Shown here one piece after another: positions 21,703-32,920 of a stretch of DNA of 32,920 bases (positions are counted from its first letter, which is position 1; each line of letters begins with the position of its first letter). Source of the DNA: Octopus bimaculoides (Eukaryota); the NCBI RefSeq assembly GCF_001194135.2, contig NC_068989.1, positions 51,338,430-51,371,349 on the forward strand, read 5' to 3'. The notes beneath the pieces were generated by a model that did no database searches, was not told the DNA's origin, and saw only the letters and a program-made list of their open reading frames with translations. Both the position numbers and the translations under genes were made by a program.

Positions 21703-23422
21703 GGTGTATACACGTATATCAAAACCTTCGTAATCAAGATGCAATCGTTTATGCTTGCGAGCAGTCTAGTAGACTTAATACATAAAGCCAATATAAGTAT
21801 ACAAGAACATATCTAAATTGTGCCGAAAGCTATGCAAATTAAATGTTCATGCTCGGAAAGAGAGGAAACCTTATATTGAGTAGAAACTGCCAAGGAAATA
21901 GATATGTAAGAAAATCATTACATAGGCGGTGGGTGTACGTATGAGTTTGATATGGAAATTATTTTTAACGCAATTCTTAATCCTAAAGTGGTTTCTATCG
22001 CGTGACAGAATGAATCCTAAAGATATCTGAGAAACAGCATTACACTTCGAAGACATAAAATAAAAAAATGACAGATGATATGAACCAAATACTTTGTTTT
22101 TGTTTTTCCCTTTCCTCAAAAATATTGCAACATAGCGACGTCTTGTTTTGAATATATGACAAAAGTGAAAACCTTTTCTACCAGGAGTCAGTAAAGATAT
22201 TCCAATAAATATAGCCTTTAAGACGAATCTCAAAAAATGCCACCAGATGGCAATGTGAATAAACAAGAACTCACAATGTGAATATTTAATATTATGAACC
22301 AAATAAATCCCATGCATTTATTAGACGTTATCAAGTATCATAATATTTTCAACCAACACGTTATAATAGATAATGGAGGACTCCTCTTCAGAAATATAGT
22401 CCATCAAAATATATATTAATTGACATATATTAATCTAGTGCAGCACTGTAAACTGCGGATATTGACTGAATTTGTAGTAATGACACAATCAATTGTAGAG
22501 ATCTTAAGATTTCAGTGAATAGAACATGCTTTCGTACAGCATCGTGACGTGAACACTAGAGTTCTAGGGATTTTGAATTAACAATTTATGTCTCAGCTTC
22601 ATACAAAATTTATAATCTTGGGTGGTACACGCTGAATGACTTTCTAGTTCGTTATAAGATGACATATATTCTCGGTGTGGGGTACATTTAAAGAATATGC
22701 TTTTTGAAGCATAGGACTACAAGTCTCTTATCTCATTGCACTCCTTGTAGTTATCGTTTCCCTTTATACATGTATCCTTGCTTATAGTACAGAGCAATAG
22801 GAAAAATAGTTACTCTCCTATCGGTTTTCAAGACAATTTGAAAATCTAATGGACATTTAAAAGGACAATGAAGTCTTAAAAGTATGAACATTCTAAGCTT
22901 ACGTTACATTTACGTTTTCTATTCAGTTCTACTTTACTTAAACTTTTGTAGAAAATTTTAAAGAAATTTAAAGGGGATGAATATATTACACGTGGAAAGA
23001 TCAATAAAATGAAATTACAAATGCAAGATCGTGACTCGTGAAAATCTCCAGAACGGAGGTTTGTCAGCATCGTTTTTGTATTCAGCAGTCGAAATGATGA
23101 ATGTTTCGACGAATTCGGGCATCATGCTTAGATGCGGACGCTGATCGAAATGTTTGGGATTGATATTTCAGCCACGACGTCGAAGAATGAAAAATGAAAA
23201 GAATTGTAGCCATGGAACACGACCCCTTCACAGATGTTCAGAGAAAAACAATTTCCCTCAGCGAATGTGACATAGCGGACGGCTTCTATACCCACAACGT
23301 TGAAAAAGTATGAAACTGAGTCCCATTGTTATTAAATATATGTAACTTTAACAAATTTGTAAGTCCACAAGCGTACATACCATGTGTGTTTGTATGCATG
23401 TGTTTGAGCGCGCGTGTGTAAG

Positions 23423-23429
23423 CATAAAC

Positions 23430-23462
<33 letters not shown>

Positions 23463-24478
23463 TATANNNNNNNNNNNNNNNNNNNNNNNNNNNNNNNNNN
23501 NNNNNNNNNNNNNNNNNNNNNNNNNNNNNNNNNNNNNNNNNNNNNNNNNNNNNNNNNNNNNNNNNNNNNNNNNNNNNNNNNNNNNNNNNNNNNNNNNNNN
23601 NNNNNNNNNNNNNNNNNNNNNNNNNNNNNNNNNNNNNNNNNNNNNNNNNNNNNNNNNNNNNNNNNNNNNNNNNNNNNNNNNNNNNNNNNNNNNNNNNNNN
23701 NNNNNNNNNNNNNNNNNNNNNNNNNNNNNNNNNNNNNNNNNNNNNNNNNNNNNNNNNNNNNNNNNNNNNNNNNNNNNNNNNNNNNNNNNNNNNNNNNNNN
23801 NNNNNNNNNNNNNNNNNNNNNNNNNNNNNNNNNNNNNNNNNNNNNNNNNNNNNNNNNNNNNNNNNNNNNNNNNNNNNNNNNNNNNNNNNNNNNNNNNNNN
23901 NNNNNNNNNNNNNNNNNNNNNNNNNNNNNNNNNNNNNNNNNNNNNNNNNNNNNNNNNNNNNNNNNNNNNNNNNNNNNNNNNNNNNNNNNNNNNNNNNNNN
24001 NNNNNNNNNNNNNNNNNNNNNNNNNNNNNNNNNNNNNNNNNNNNNNNNNNNNNNNNNNNNNNNNNNNNNNNNNNNNNNNNNNNNNNNNNNNNNNNNNNNN
24101 NNNNNNNNNNNNNNNNNNNNNNNNNNNNNNNNNNNNNNNNNNNNNNNNNNNNNNNNNNNNNNNNNNNNNNNNNNNNNNNNNNNNNNNNNNNNNNNNNNNN
24201 NNNNNNNNNNNNNNNNNNNNNNNNNNNNNNNNNNNNNNNNNNNNNNNNNNNNNNNNNNNNNNNNNNNNNNNNNNNNNNNNNNNNNNNNNNNNNNNNNNNN
24301 NNNNNNNNNNNNNNNNNNNNNNNNNNNNNNNNNNNNNNNNNNNNNNNNNNNNNNNNNNNNNNNNNNNNNNNNNNNNNNNNNNNNNNNNNNNNNNNNNNNN
24401 NNNNNNNNNNNNNNNNNNNNNNNNNNNNNNNNNNNNNNNNNNNNNNNNNNNATATATATATATATATATATATATATA
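23423..24478. repeat. (TA)n microsatellite with assembly gap 23467-24451
   Basis: Direct reading; 985 N. Confidence 0.95.
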
Positions 24479-25626
24479 CATGGTCTATTTCTAAGTCAGC
24501 TCCTACTAGTATCCACTATATTGTGTTTGTCATAATGTTAATATTTATCACAATATATTCTTCAATATTAAAAGTTACCTATTCGCCCTTGCATTGAAGA
24601 ACGTTCTCATATTCGGGGTAGCGTGTTAGAAGGTGCTTCTTCCCGACCCTAACTACTGCAGAAACAATTTTATTAGTGCTGTCATGAGTATATACATGTG
24701 TCAAAAGAACATGAAATCATTCTCCTTAAAACGTTCAATCGTGAAGTTGATGAGCTATAAATAAAATCGTCCAAACATCTTCACAGGCACGTGTCGACCA
24801 GGCTACATTCAACATTTCTGTTTGAAGAATATTTACATACTATTTTCATATTTATCTGCTTCAAGATCCAGTGTTCCAAAAAGAATAAGAAGAAACAAAA
24901 GGAAAAAGAGAATTTTTATTTCTGTTTTAACCGTTACACCTCGAATCTGAGATATTAGTTCTTAAACTTCTTTCAAAACATCCTTTGTCCTTTTTCTGCC
25001 ACGATATCTTCTCTTTTAACTTTTCTGAAATTTACTTAAACTAATACAAATTTTCCTACGAATTCTCATTCGCTTGTTCTTGTCATGCTCTGTTATAGAA
25101 GAAATGTGTTCCCTAGTAACTTCTTTCATTAAAATGTGTCTCATACAACTCTCGAATCTTTTTTGCTTTTACCTAGAGAAATAAGTGTTTAATTATTTCA
25201 ATTTATTGTCAATTATTTTATAGCACTTATAGCAGATTCTCTGATATCTCCTTTTTCTTTTGTAACACTCAAGATAATAAATAGTTCGTTGAGGCTACCT
25301 TATTGATGTTTGCCTTCCGTATGGTTGTGCTCGTTGTGACTTTGATCTCAGTATGTGCCTGTGTGTGAGCACGTGTGTATCTATGTGTGTGCGCGTGCAC
25401 AAAATCATATATATATGTATATACATATAAGTTTATATGACAAAAATATGGAAATATTACTACCCTATTTGTCCCTAGCCATATGTAAGTGAAATATAAG
25501 TTTCTTTTTGTCGATATACAATCGTTTACTTTTCTATAAGCATTCATTTAATTGATTATATTTGAGGCACGTGCCTTATTTATTTATTTATCTATTTCTT
25601 TATTTTTGCTGTTATGTTGAGTAATT

Positions 25627-25808
25627 TCGGTAGGGTATGATTAAAGCTATTTCGTCTGTCTTTATGTTCTGAATTCAAATTCCGCCGAAGTTGACTTTAC
25701 CTTTGATCTCCCGGTGTGCGATAAAATAAGTAACAGTTGAATGCTGGTTTATACAATCGCCTGATCTCTCCCACAAAATTTTAGGCCTTCTACTAAGAGC
25801 AGAAAGAT
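25627..25808 (+). mobile_element. SINE family A, diverged copy
   Basis: TATTTCGTCTGTCTTTATGTTCTGAATTCAAATTCCGCCGAAGTTGACTTTACCTTTGATC...GATAAAATAAGTAACAG...CCACAAAATTTTAGGCCTTCTACTAAGAGCAGAAAG. Confidence 0.8.
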
Positions 25809-27454
25809 TTATGACAAATCGAAAATATTTCACTCACACTAATTCACAGCTGAGAAAGAAACATATTTTTAAGTAGTATCACTGAATTCCATATGTCTCT
25901 TGCGTATATTTTAATGCGACATCCACAATAAAATGAGTCTTAATATATCAGATAGACAGAAATGAGTAATAGATAACGCTATGTCTCCCTGAACTGCACT
26001 TATTCGGAAAGTGGTGTTACCTCAGATTGTTTGTTGGGATCAAATTTATATTTTTATCGTGGTATTGTCATGCAACAATTAAAACACGTATACCATTAAA
26101 TACACTTTCGTTGCAATATGATTTTGACTACTACATTATATATATTTTTTGCATCAAGTTCATTCGACAAAATTCACGATATCGCCACGTGTTCGCTATT
26201 TGTGTATAAGAAAGTTGTCATGAAGTCAAACTGTTGAAGTTTTAGGCAAGAAGTGGACCCCGCAAATGTATATACTATAATAGGTATGTCATTATCTTTA
26301 TTGCGTAAGCCTCAGTGTGTTCATTTTCACTAACTTTTTCTTCCTTAGAATAATCTCTAATATAGTAAATTCAACGTTGTATTTTGACAAAATCTCTCTC
26401 CAGAAGAGTATTTCATGTTTACACTTCGAAGTGTATGGAATGTTTATCCTAGCGAGTTGCAGAAATACCCCCAGAGATATCAATTTCAAGTGGTGTAATT
26501 AAGCAGATATTAACATGGAAGAAACCGTGCCATCGAAGTTATAATCACAGGCATTGAACTGTGAATTGCGATCTTAAGTTCATTTGAAATTTCTGGAGCA
26601 GTTTATAGTTTGCGTCTGGTTATTTACTTCTAGGTGAAATGAGTCATTAGATATTTTAGCTGCGGGCAAGATGTCTATACCATTAACCGAAACGATTTCC
26701 TGCAATGCAGATGAACACTGTTTAGCCTACTACCACAACTATTACTCCATTTTATTTTCTCTCTAATGTATTCCCCAAGCAATATATGCTATTGAAGATA
26801 TTCGAAATATATTGCAAGTTTTCGACATAAACGTCATTAATGGCCTACTAACATTGATGTTAGGGAAGGAATTTAACGGTGACAATCGTATTGAATTTAA
26901 AGAACATCGTCTCGATAATTAATTCCTGTATGATGTATTTACTCATTAATGATATACTTATATTCTGAATAACCATTTGAATGGTTTTCTTTGAAACAAA
27001 ATGTTGTAAACGGAAACTATAAATGTGGGCATCGATACAGTTTGTCAATTCGTTTCGCATCACTAGTACTGTGTTATCGAGAATAACACAAATCGCTGAA
27101 TGTCTAATGGTGCAATCCACGAGCAATCCACGTATAAATCTATCATCTCTTGACAAATAAATGAATCTCTGTTTACCAATACGAGCGCTTCATCAACCAA
27201 AACGTGGGTGAAGCATGTTTCAATTACGTCGAAAAATAAACAGATCATATACGTCTTACTTCGCTGAAACGAGTGATCATGGTTGAAGCACTGAGGAATC
27301 GATCGGCCCATTGAAATCCACATCCTACCTCGACTCTACCCGAATTAAAATTTATTTTGCTAAAGTGATAGAAAAACAAACATTGGATAATAAATCGTTG
27401 TCAGATGTCAAACTTAAAAATCCCAGTGTCAGAACTTTGAAACACAGTCCTAGT

Positions 27455-27610
27455 TCAGAATCGTCAGAAATTTCGGGCAGAGCTAAGTCAATTGCAGCCA
27501 CTCCAATGCTTAAGTGGCACTTATTTTATCGTCCCTGAAAGGATGAAAGACAAAGTCAACTTCACTCGTATTTGAATTCAGAACGTTAAGACGGTTGAAA
27601 TGCCGCTACA
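27455..27610 (-). mobile_element. SINE family A, diverged 5'-truncated copy
   Basis: The plus strand reads GGCACTTATTTTATCGTCCCTGAAAGGATGAAAGACAAAGTCAACTTC...TTTGAATTCAGAACGTTAAGACGGTTGAAATGCCGCTA. Confidence 0.8.
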
Positions 27611-29611
27611 GATGTAAGGAATTTTCTTTCGCCTTTGATTTTTTCTCATGTCTAGCCAAACATTTTCGATTGCAGACAACGTATGTTGTCCCTATCTGCT
27701 GGCATTCTGGGTTTTCTGTCTAGATAAGATTTGGATGGCCTTGTATCATCCCCAAATTGGCATTTTCGAAAAATCCAATCCGTACCTCACAGACCGATGG
27801 TAACATTTGAGAAATTTCGCTAAAGGCTTGTAAATTTTCTCTTCTCAGCTAGCTCCACACATTTCAAAAATGCATCCGAGATAATTCTTTCATTGCCCTG
27901 TAAATATAAAGAGTGGGGCGTTCTGAGGAGAACCTCCAGACGTCTGCAGGAATACTTTAGTTGTATTATTAGAATCTCTTAACGATTCTATGATATGTAA
28001 TTGCATATGGTTGTATATATTTCCACCCGCTTTGCGTGGTTGAATTTAACATATTCACTGTTGCATCCAGTTTTTAATAAATTAGCTATTGCTTTAAAAT
28101 GAATAGCTGGAAATATGAAATCAGATATATATTTCCAACTTAGAGAATAGGAACGAATTACAAATGCAAACATATTTAGATTTCTTTCCGTATGTGCTCA
28201 TAGACTCCACGCAATTTATATGGAAAATAATTGTTATTAGAACATATATTCTATGACACATTGAGATGTTTGTTTTAATTATTTGGAATATTAACTAAAC
28301 TTGAAGGCATTAACGATGATAATTTCTTTCAAATTGGAAATATCTTGTAAGTATCTCGAGATCTTTACGAAATTCAAATAATTATGTGATTCTGATTTTA
28401 TCGTTTTGTCAGCAATTTTTATAAAACGTTTTAAGGTTTATCTTAAGATAATACATTAGCAGTTTCTCTAAAATAATGCTTTGAAATATGTTTCCATTGT
28501 GTATGATACTGGCTTTTGTAGGAAGGAACATATATGCAAATTCCAATATCAACAGCTTTGTTTTGAAGATATTAACAACATTCAGATATCAAAATTTGCC
28601 TACTCCAATAAATACTGATACGAATTAATAAAGTCATATATCGAAAGTCAATAAAAGAATATATTTTATGAAAATCTATCAAGAGATTCACTCAGGCTGC
28701 GTTGAACCATAATTTACAGATCTAAAATTGTTGACTAAGATTTCTCGAATCATATTTGAATATTCAAGATCTTGTCTATATGAGAAAACAATGGAAATTT
28801 ATTCGAAGAATAAAACTTTAAATATTGTAAAGGATGCTACACAATAAATGGAAATGCCTCAAGTTTGCTTTTCCTAATGAAGTCTTAATAGTTATGTAGG
28901 TAATGAATTGTGTGCCTAAACGTGATAGATATACTGAACAGAGAAGAGATTGGATTCTTTGAAAGAGAATATAATATGATGTATCACTTTGAATCTTATC
29001 ACATTATAAAGGAGGATTCACCAATACTAGTAAATCAACAAAACACAATTGTTTAGAAGAGCTTTTTGATGCAGTTAGACGACACAGCATGAATTTACAA
29101 CGAGAAATCGTATTGAAACTTATTGATGATAACCATCGCATTTAGTGATGCTAACTAATTATAGTATGTAAAATGATTTTATAAAATACCATAAATAATG
29201 TAATACGAAATAGAAATATGCATAAATACATTCCGTAACTTTCGCAACAATGCTAATGTATAATGAACGAACAAGCATATGCGTGTTGCGTGCGTGCATT
29301 TTATGTGTGCATTTTTTAAAATCTTTTGTTAACTCTTCCTCTGATTTATGCGATCCTTTTACATTGTGAAGAACGGCTATACTCTGAATCGTTACACATT
29401 TACACTAGAAGGTTATGTTTTAATGCATTATATTACATTTCGGTTTTATTGTTACATACTACTCCAGTGTACTGTACTTAATTGTCTTCTAAATTTAAAT
29501 GAAATTCTATATTTATAAACAGTGAGTTGCATAGATTTTTCTATCATATTTTCATGTCAGTAAAAAAATAAAGAAATCAAATTATATGTATTTTGTGTGT
29601 GTCTCATCATT

Positions 29612-29652
29612 TATGTATGTATGCATGTATGTATGCATGTATGTATGTATGT
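29612..29652. repeat. (TATG)n tract, equal to (CATA)n at the 3' end of the minus-strand LINE
   Basis: Direct reading of the sequence. Confidence 0.9.
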
Positions 29653-32600
29653 GTTTCTTCTTTGTTTTAAATTTATAATAAGTTTGAACAACGGTCTACC
29701 TGGTCACAAGGTTATGAAAAAAAGCATCTAGCTTTGTTCATCATTCTTTAAATGTTTAAGAAAATCTTGATGATATGTGTAGGCCAAGATCTTATGATCA
29801 TTTGTAGAGTATGAATTAAGGACTTGGGTTGTCCACCCAAGATCCCAAGTTTAGCTATACTCTTCCCCTCAAAAATTGGTATGTAGCCTGTTGCTTTAAT
29901 GATGACAGCTATGAAGCTGAAAGTTGTATATTTGGTATTAGATTTGTTAATCCCATATCAATGGTACACAAATTTCCCTTTTTCTCGTATTTTCTAATCA
30001 TATTGGTGTCAATAAGGCAGCTGATTTTCCCAAATAAACATGTAATTTCATTGTGGTCCGCACAGCAATATCTGGTCGTTTGTGATTTATGTTGGTGGCT
30101 GTTTTACTTTATATATATTCCATCAATATTCTTTGGACAAATTGCCCTCAATGTAGTCACATTCATCGGTAGGTGTTTTGTTTTTGCTACCCTGTTCTTG
30201 ACTATTCTGTTCACCACATTATGCCTCATGGGAGGTTAATATGTAGAAGATGTTCTCTGCCAGTTAGTAAATCATTTCGTTGATGTCTTCAGTTGTGGTC
30301 TTGTACAGCCTACATTTGTTCTCTGTCAACTTTTCTGTTTTTTAAGTTGTAGGCACTTGGTGGAGATCTCTCGTTCTTGAATTACATATAGGTAGGCTTC
30401 AAAGTGAGATTTAATAAAATTGTCGGTAGTCGATGCCACGATCTTATGTTTCTTTTTTCGTACCCGGTATCCATGTTCTACTTCCTCAGTGAACTGACGC
30501 AATATCTTTATTTTGCTCTTCTGAATTATACCAGTGCTTCTTCAGGAGATATCTATATCGGACTCTGTTGCATACCTCTTCTCAGTGTTATCATTTATCC
30601 TAGTAATGTTACTGAATTATGCGCACAAACACGGCAACATATTTTCTGCTTTCTTTCCTCTGCAGCAGATAATTTTTCAGTGTCACAATTCGTGTTTCAT
30701 ATGATATCAACAGGCATTTATGACCACGGCTTCCATCCCTGCGTGGGAAGTATAGACTGTCTATAACTCCATTGATGTTGAAGATTCCTGTAACACTTAG
30801 GAACATGCAAGCTCGAATATCCATCTCAATGAGTTCTTGTAGTGATCACTTCGGAAAAACAAAAAAGTTGTGTGCACTGAAAAGTCGTTGTGAGCAATAT
30901 GCTACTTGCAAGCTGAGTATATGAATATTTTCTCTCCTGGGATATTCATTGTTGGTCCTCTACTTTTCGAAGGCGCGTGGCTTATTGGTTATGGTATTCG
31001 GATTACGGTCTTTATGACATGTATTCAATTCCCGGTGACGCGTTATGTCCTTGAGCAAGAGACTTTATTCCACGTTGCTCCAGTCCACTCAGCTGAGAGA
31101 AATGAATACTACCTGTATTTCAACGGGTTAGCCTTGACACAATCTGTGTCACGCTGAATCTCTCCCGAGAACTACGTTAAGTGTACACGTGTCTGTTGAG
31201 TAATCAGCCATGTGCACGTTAATATCCCGATCTTGATGTACTGTTGATCGGATCAGCTGAGCCCTCATTGTCATAACCGACAGAGTGTGTCTCCTTATCT
31301 ATGGATCCATCACATCTGACATTCTCATCTTGTCCAACATATTTCTAATTATAAACTAACAGTTGAAGTTACGTTGTCTAGTAGTTCATTTTTAGGTTTT
31401 CATGGAAGGGTACAACTTTACCACATTTTATTGTAAAAATACACATTTACACTTACCAAATTTCATTCCAATGCTTCTAGAAAATTGGGTAATGAGATCT
31501 AATTGTCTTTTATGTGTTTTTTTAATTTTTTATGTGGTTTTATTTGATCCTTGCATCTTCAGGTCGTCGACAAAGAAAAGATCTGAGATACTTCTGAAAC
31601 CGTTTCTGTGGCCACTATGTTTTTTTGAGCTGGTATGATAGTGGGTTTAATGATATAACGAGAAGCAGCACTAAAGAGCAATCTCATTGTGATTTCCCTT
31701 TTGAGTAGTGTATACTATCAAAATCAACTGACTGAATTCCACTTGCGAGGAGCAAAGTCGCATATCAAGCACTCACTTAAGGTTATGGGATTTTGGCTTA
31801 CTGTAAAGCCTTTTTTTATCCACACATGTTAATATACTATAGAAAGCCTTCTGATAGTCCAGCGACAGTGGTAAATTTTAGCAAGAATTTTTTGGCTATT
31901 TTGGAGAATGGGGAGAGTGTTTCTAATTGATTACCAATGGGGCCGTTTTTGTGTACCCATTTTACTTTCTCCATACAATTGCAAGCGATATCTCGAGAGA
32001 AAGATGAACATTTTCAGTCTGCAGCCTGTCATGATGTCTCTGCCACGGAATGTCCTCTTTGGGATATTCTAAACAAATGTTTTCAGTATTTCGCCGTCTA
32101 TTTTGTATTGCTTTCAGGAGAAATTCTAGCTGTAGTCCAGCTCCATTTCTATTAGCCATTAAGCTTGTTTGTTGAATTCATCATTTGTTTCGTATAGAGA
32201 ATTCCTGTAGCCCTGGACATTATTTTGTCGGGATAATTTTTACACAGACTGAGCCTTTCACATTGAAACTGATAAACTGACTTGGTATCTTGGGGTAATT
32301 ATTGAGCATTGCTGTTTATATGCCGTATATTTAGATTTTACTTTTTATTCTGTAGCTGTGAGTTGCTGTTTCAAATAGAGAAGCTTGTAATTTAGGTTTT
32401 TGAATAAAAAAATCGTCCCTATTTTTTTTAATACTGAATCCGTCCTCATGACTTGTGAAGTTGTTCCAGTGTTAATCACTAAATCAATCTGTCAGAATAT
32501 TTTATGAAGGAAAGAAGATTCATTTTACATCCCCATGTTGGCTTTGGTTTCTGATTGAGTCACGAGTCAGTAACTTGGCTTCACCTTTACGATACACTAG

Positions 32601-32880
32601 TAATGTGATAGTTGAGGCATATATCACAAGGCAAATGGTTTCCTAGGTGGTTTACATACATCTGCACAGCGTGGTCTTCAAATATTTGCTTGCTATTCAT
32701 TTTACTTCTCTGATTATAATTTCCGGTATTCTTTATTATACTAGAGTTATATGGCATGTGCTTCCATTAATGTTCTTTCATTTAATGTTCCATTTAATGC
32801 TCTGGATCTGTTGAAATATATACCAGATCACTGTTCATTTGTATATGCAACATACATATGGATTACCTCTAACGTGTTGA
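29653..32880 (-). mobile_element. Decayed R4/Dong-like non-LTR retrotransposon (RT + zinc knuckle + restriction-like endonuclease), interrupted by a SINE
   Basis: Minus-strand motifs occur in the expected order across frameshifts and stops. These are ETICLVIYAS (~32620), LKQQLTAT (~32380), LDYQKAF (31862-31842), GDCSLVLLLVISLNPLSY (~31680), ISDLFFVDDLK (DD 31569-31564), QFSRSIGMKFG, and YVGQDEN. They continue with DSLYFPRRDGSRG (ORF 30609-30824), EAYLYVIQERE, KCRLYKTTTEDIN (decayed CCHC, ~30317-30275), MRHN (~30229-30218) and HKRPDI (~30081-30070). The 5' boundary is uncertain. Confidence 0.85.
30969..31287 (+). mobile_element. tRNA-derived SINE, family C-related, near full length, inserted in the LINE RT region
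   Basis: A box TGGCTTATTGG (30978-30988), B-box-like ATTCAATTCC (31023-31032), and the central domain GTCCTTGAGCAAGAGACTTTATTCCACGTTGCTCCAGTCCACTCAGCTG. LINE homology resumes on both sides. Confidence 0.85.
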
Positions 32881-32882
32881 TA

Positions 32883-32885
32883 CAA

Positions 32886-32920
<35 letters not shown>
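32883..32920. repeat. (CA)n(TA)n microsatellite at the window end
   Basis: Direct reading of the sequence. Confidence 0.95.

Noticed and set aside
21871-22317. 148-aa minus-strand ORF
   Set aside because: Composition (F/I/K-rich) simply reflects AT-rich DNA; no recognisable motif or splice support.
13428-24535. Long ORFs at 13428-13935, 17384-18125 and 23348-24535
   Set aside because: Artefacts of translating N-gaps and (TA)n/(CA)n tracts.
27285-27330. CTGAGGA...GAAA hammerhead-like spacing
   Set aside because: Stems I and II do not pair.
30265-30295. Minus-strand CTGAAGA-CATCAAC-GAAA
   Set aside because: No stem II or stem I; it encodes the LINE zinc-knuckle region (TEDINE).
29829-32155. 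Plus-strand ORFs 29829-30239, 30404-30766, 30906-31157, 31402-31638 and 31937-32155
   Set aside because: Antisense shadows of the minus-strand LINE, or read-through of the nested SINE.
1-32920. CRISPR arrays, operons, rRNA or prokaryotic defence systems
   Set aside because: No repeat-spacer array, gene-dense region or rRNA-like sequence; all features indicate metazoan non-coding DNA.

Overview
This is AT-rich, microsatellite-dense eukaryotic non-coding DNA from a gapped draft assembly, with four N-gaps that all sit at (TA)n tracts. The repeat families resemble those I recall from octopus genomes, so a cephalopod host is my inference, not something proven here. I found no intact protein-coding gene; most ORF-track entries are microsatellite or N-run artefacts, or antisense shadows of transposon relics. 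The window holds several decayed mobile elements. These are a 3'-truncated Tc1 element with DD36E spacing (6766-7957), an internally deleted DD37D/maT-like element (8449-9282), and an RTE-clade LINE fragment (14265-14655). There is also a roughly 3.2 kb R4/Dong-like LINE carrying RT, a decayed zinc knuckle and a restriction-like endonuclease (29653-32880), with a SINE nested in it, and nine tRNA-derived SINE copies in total. The strongest unexplained signal is a set of type I hammerhead ribozyme motifs: two near-canonical (47-135 +, 14158-14213 -) and one degenerate (8306-8346 -). Each points toward a (TA)n tract or a TA-associated gap, as expected for Penelope-like or retrozyme-type elements. 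An inverted-plus-tandem triplication at 18.6-19.7 kb could form long dsRNA. Repeat boundaries were read by eye and are approximate.
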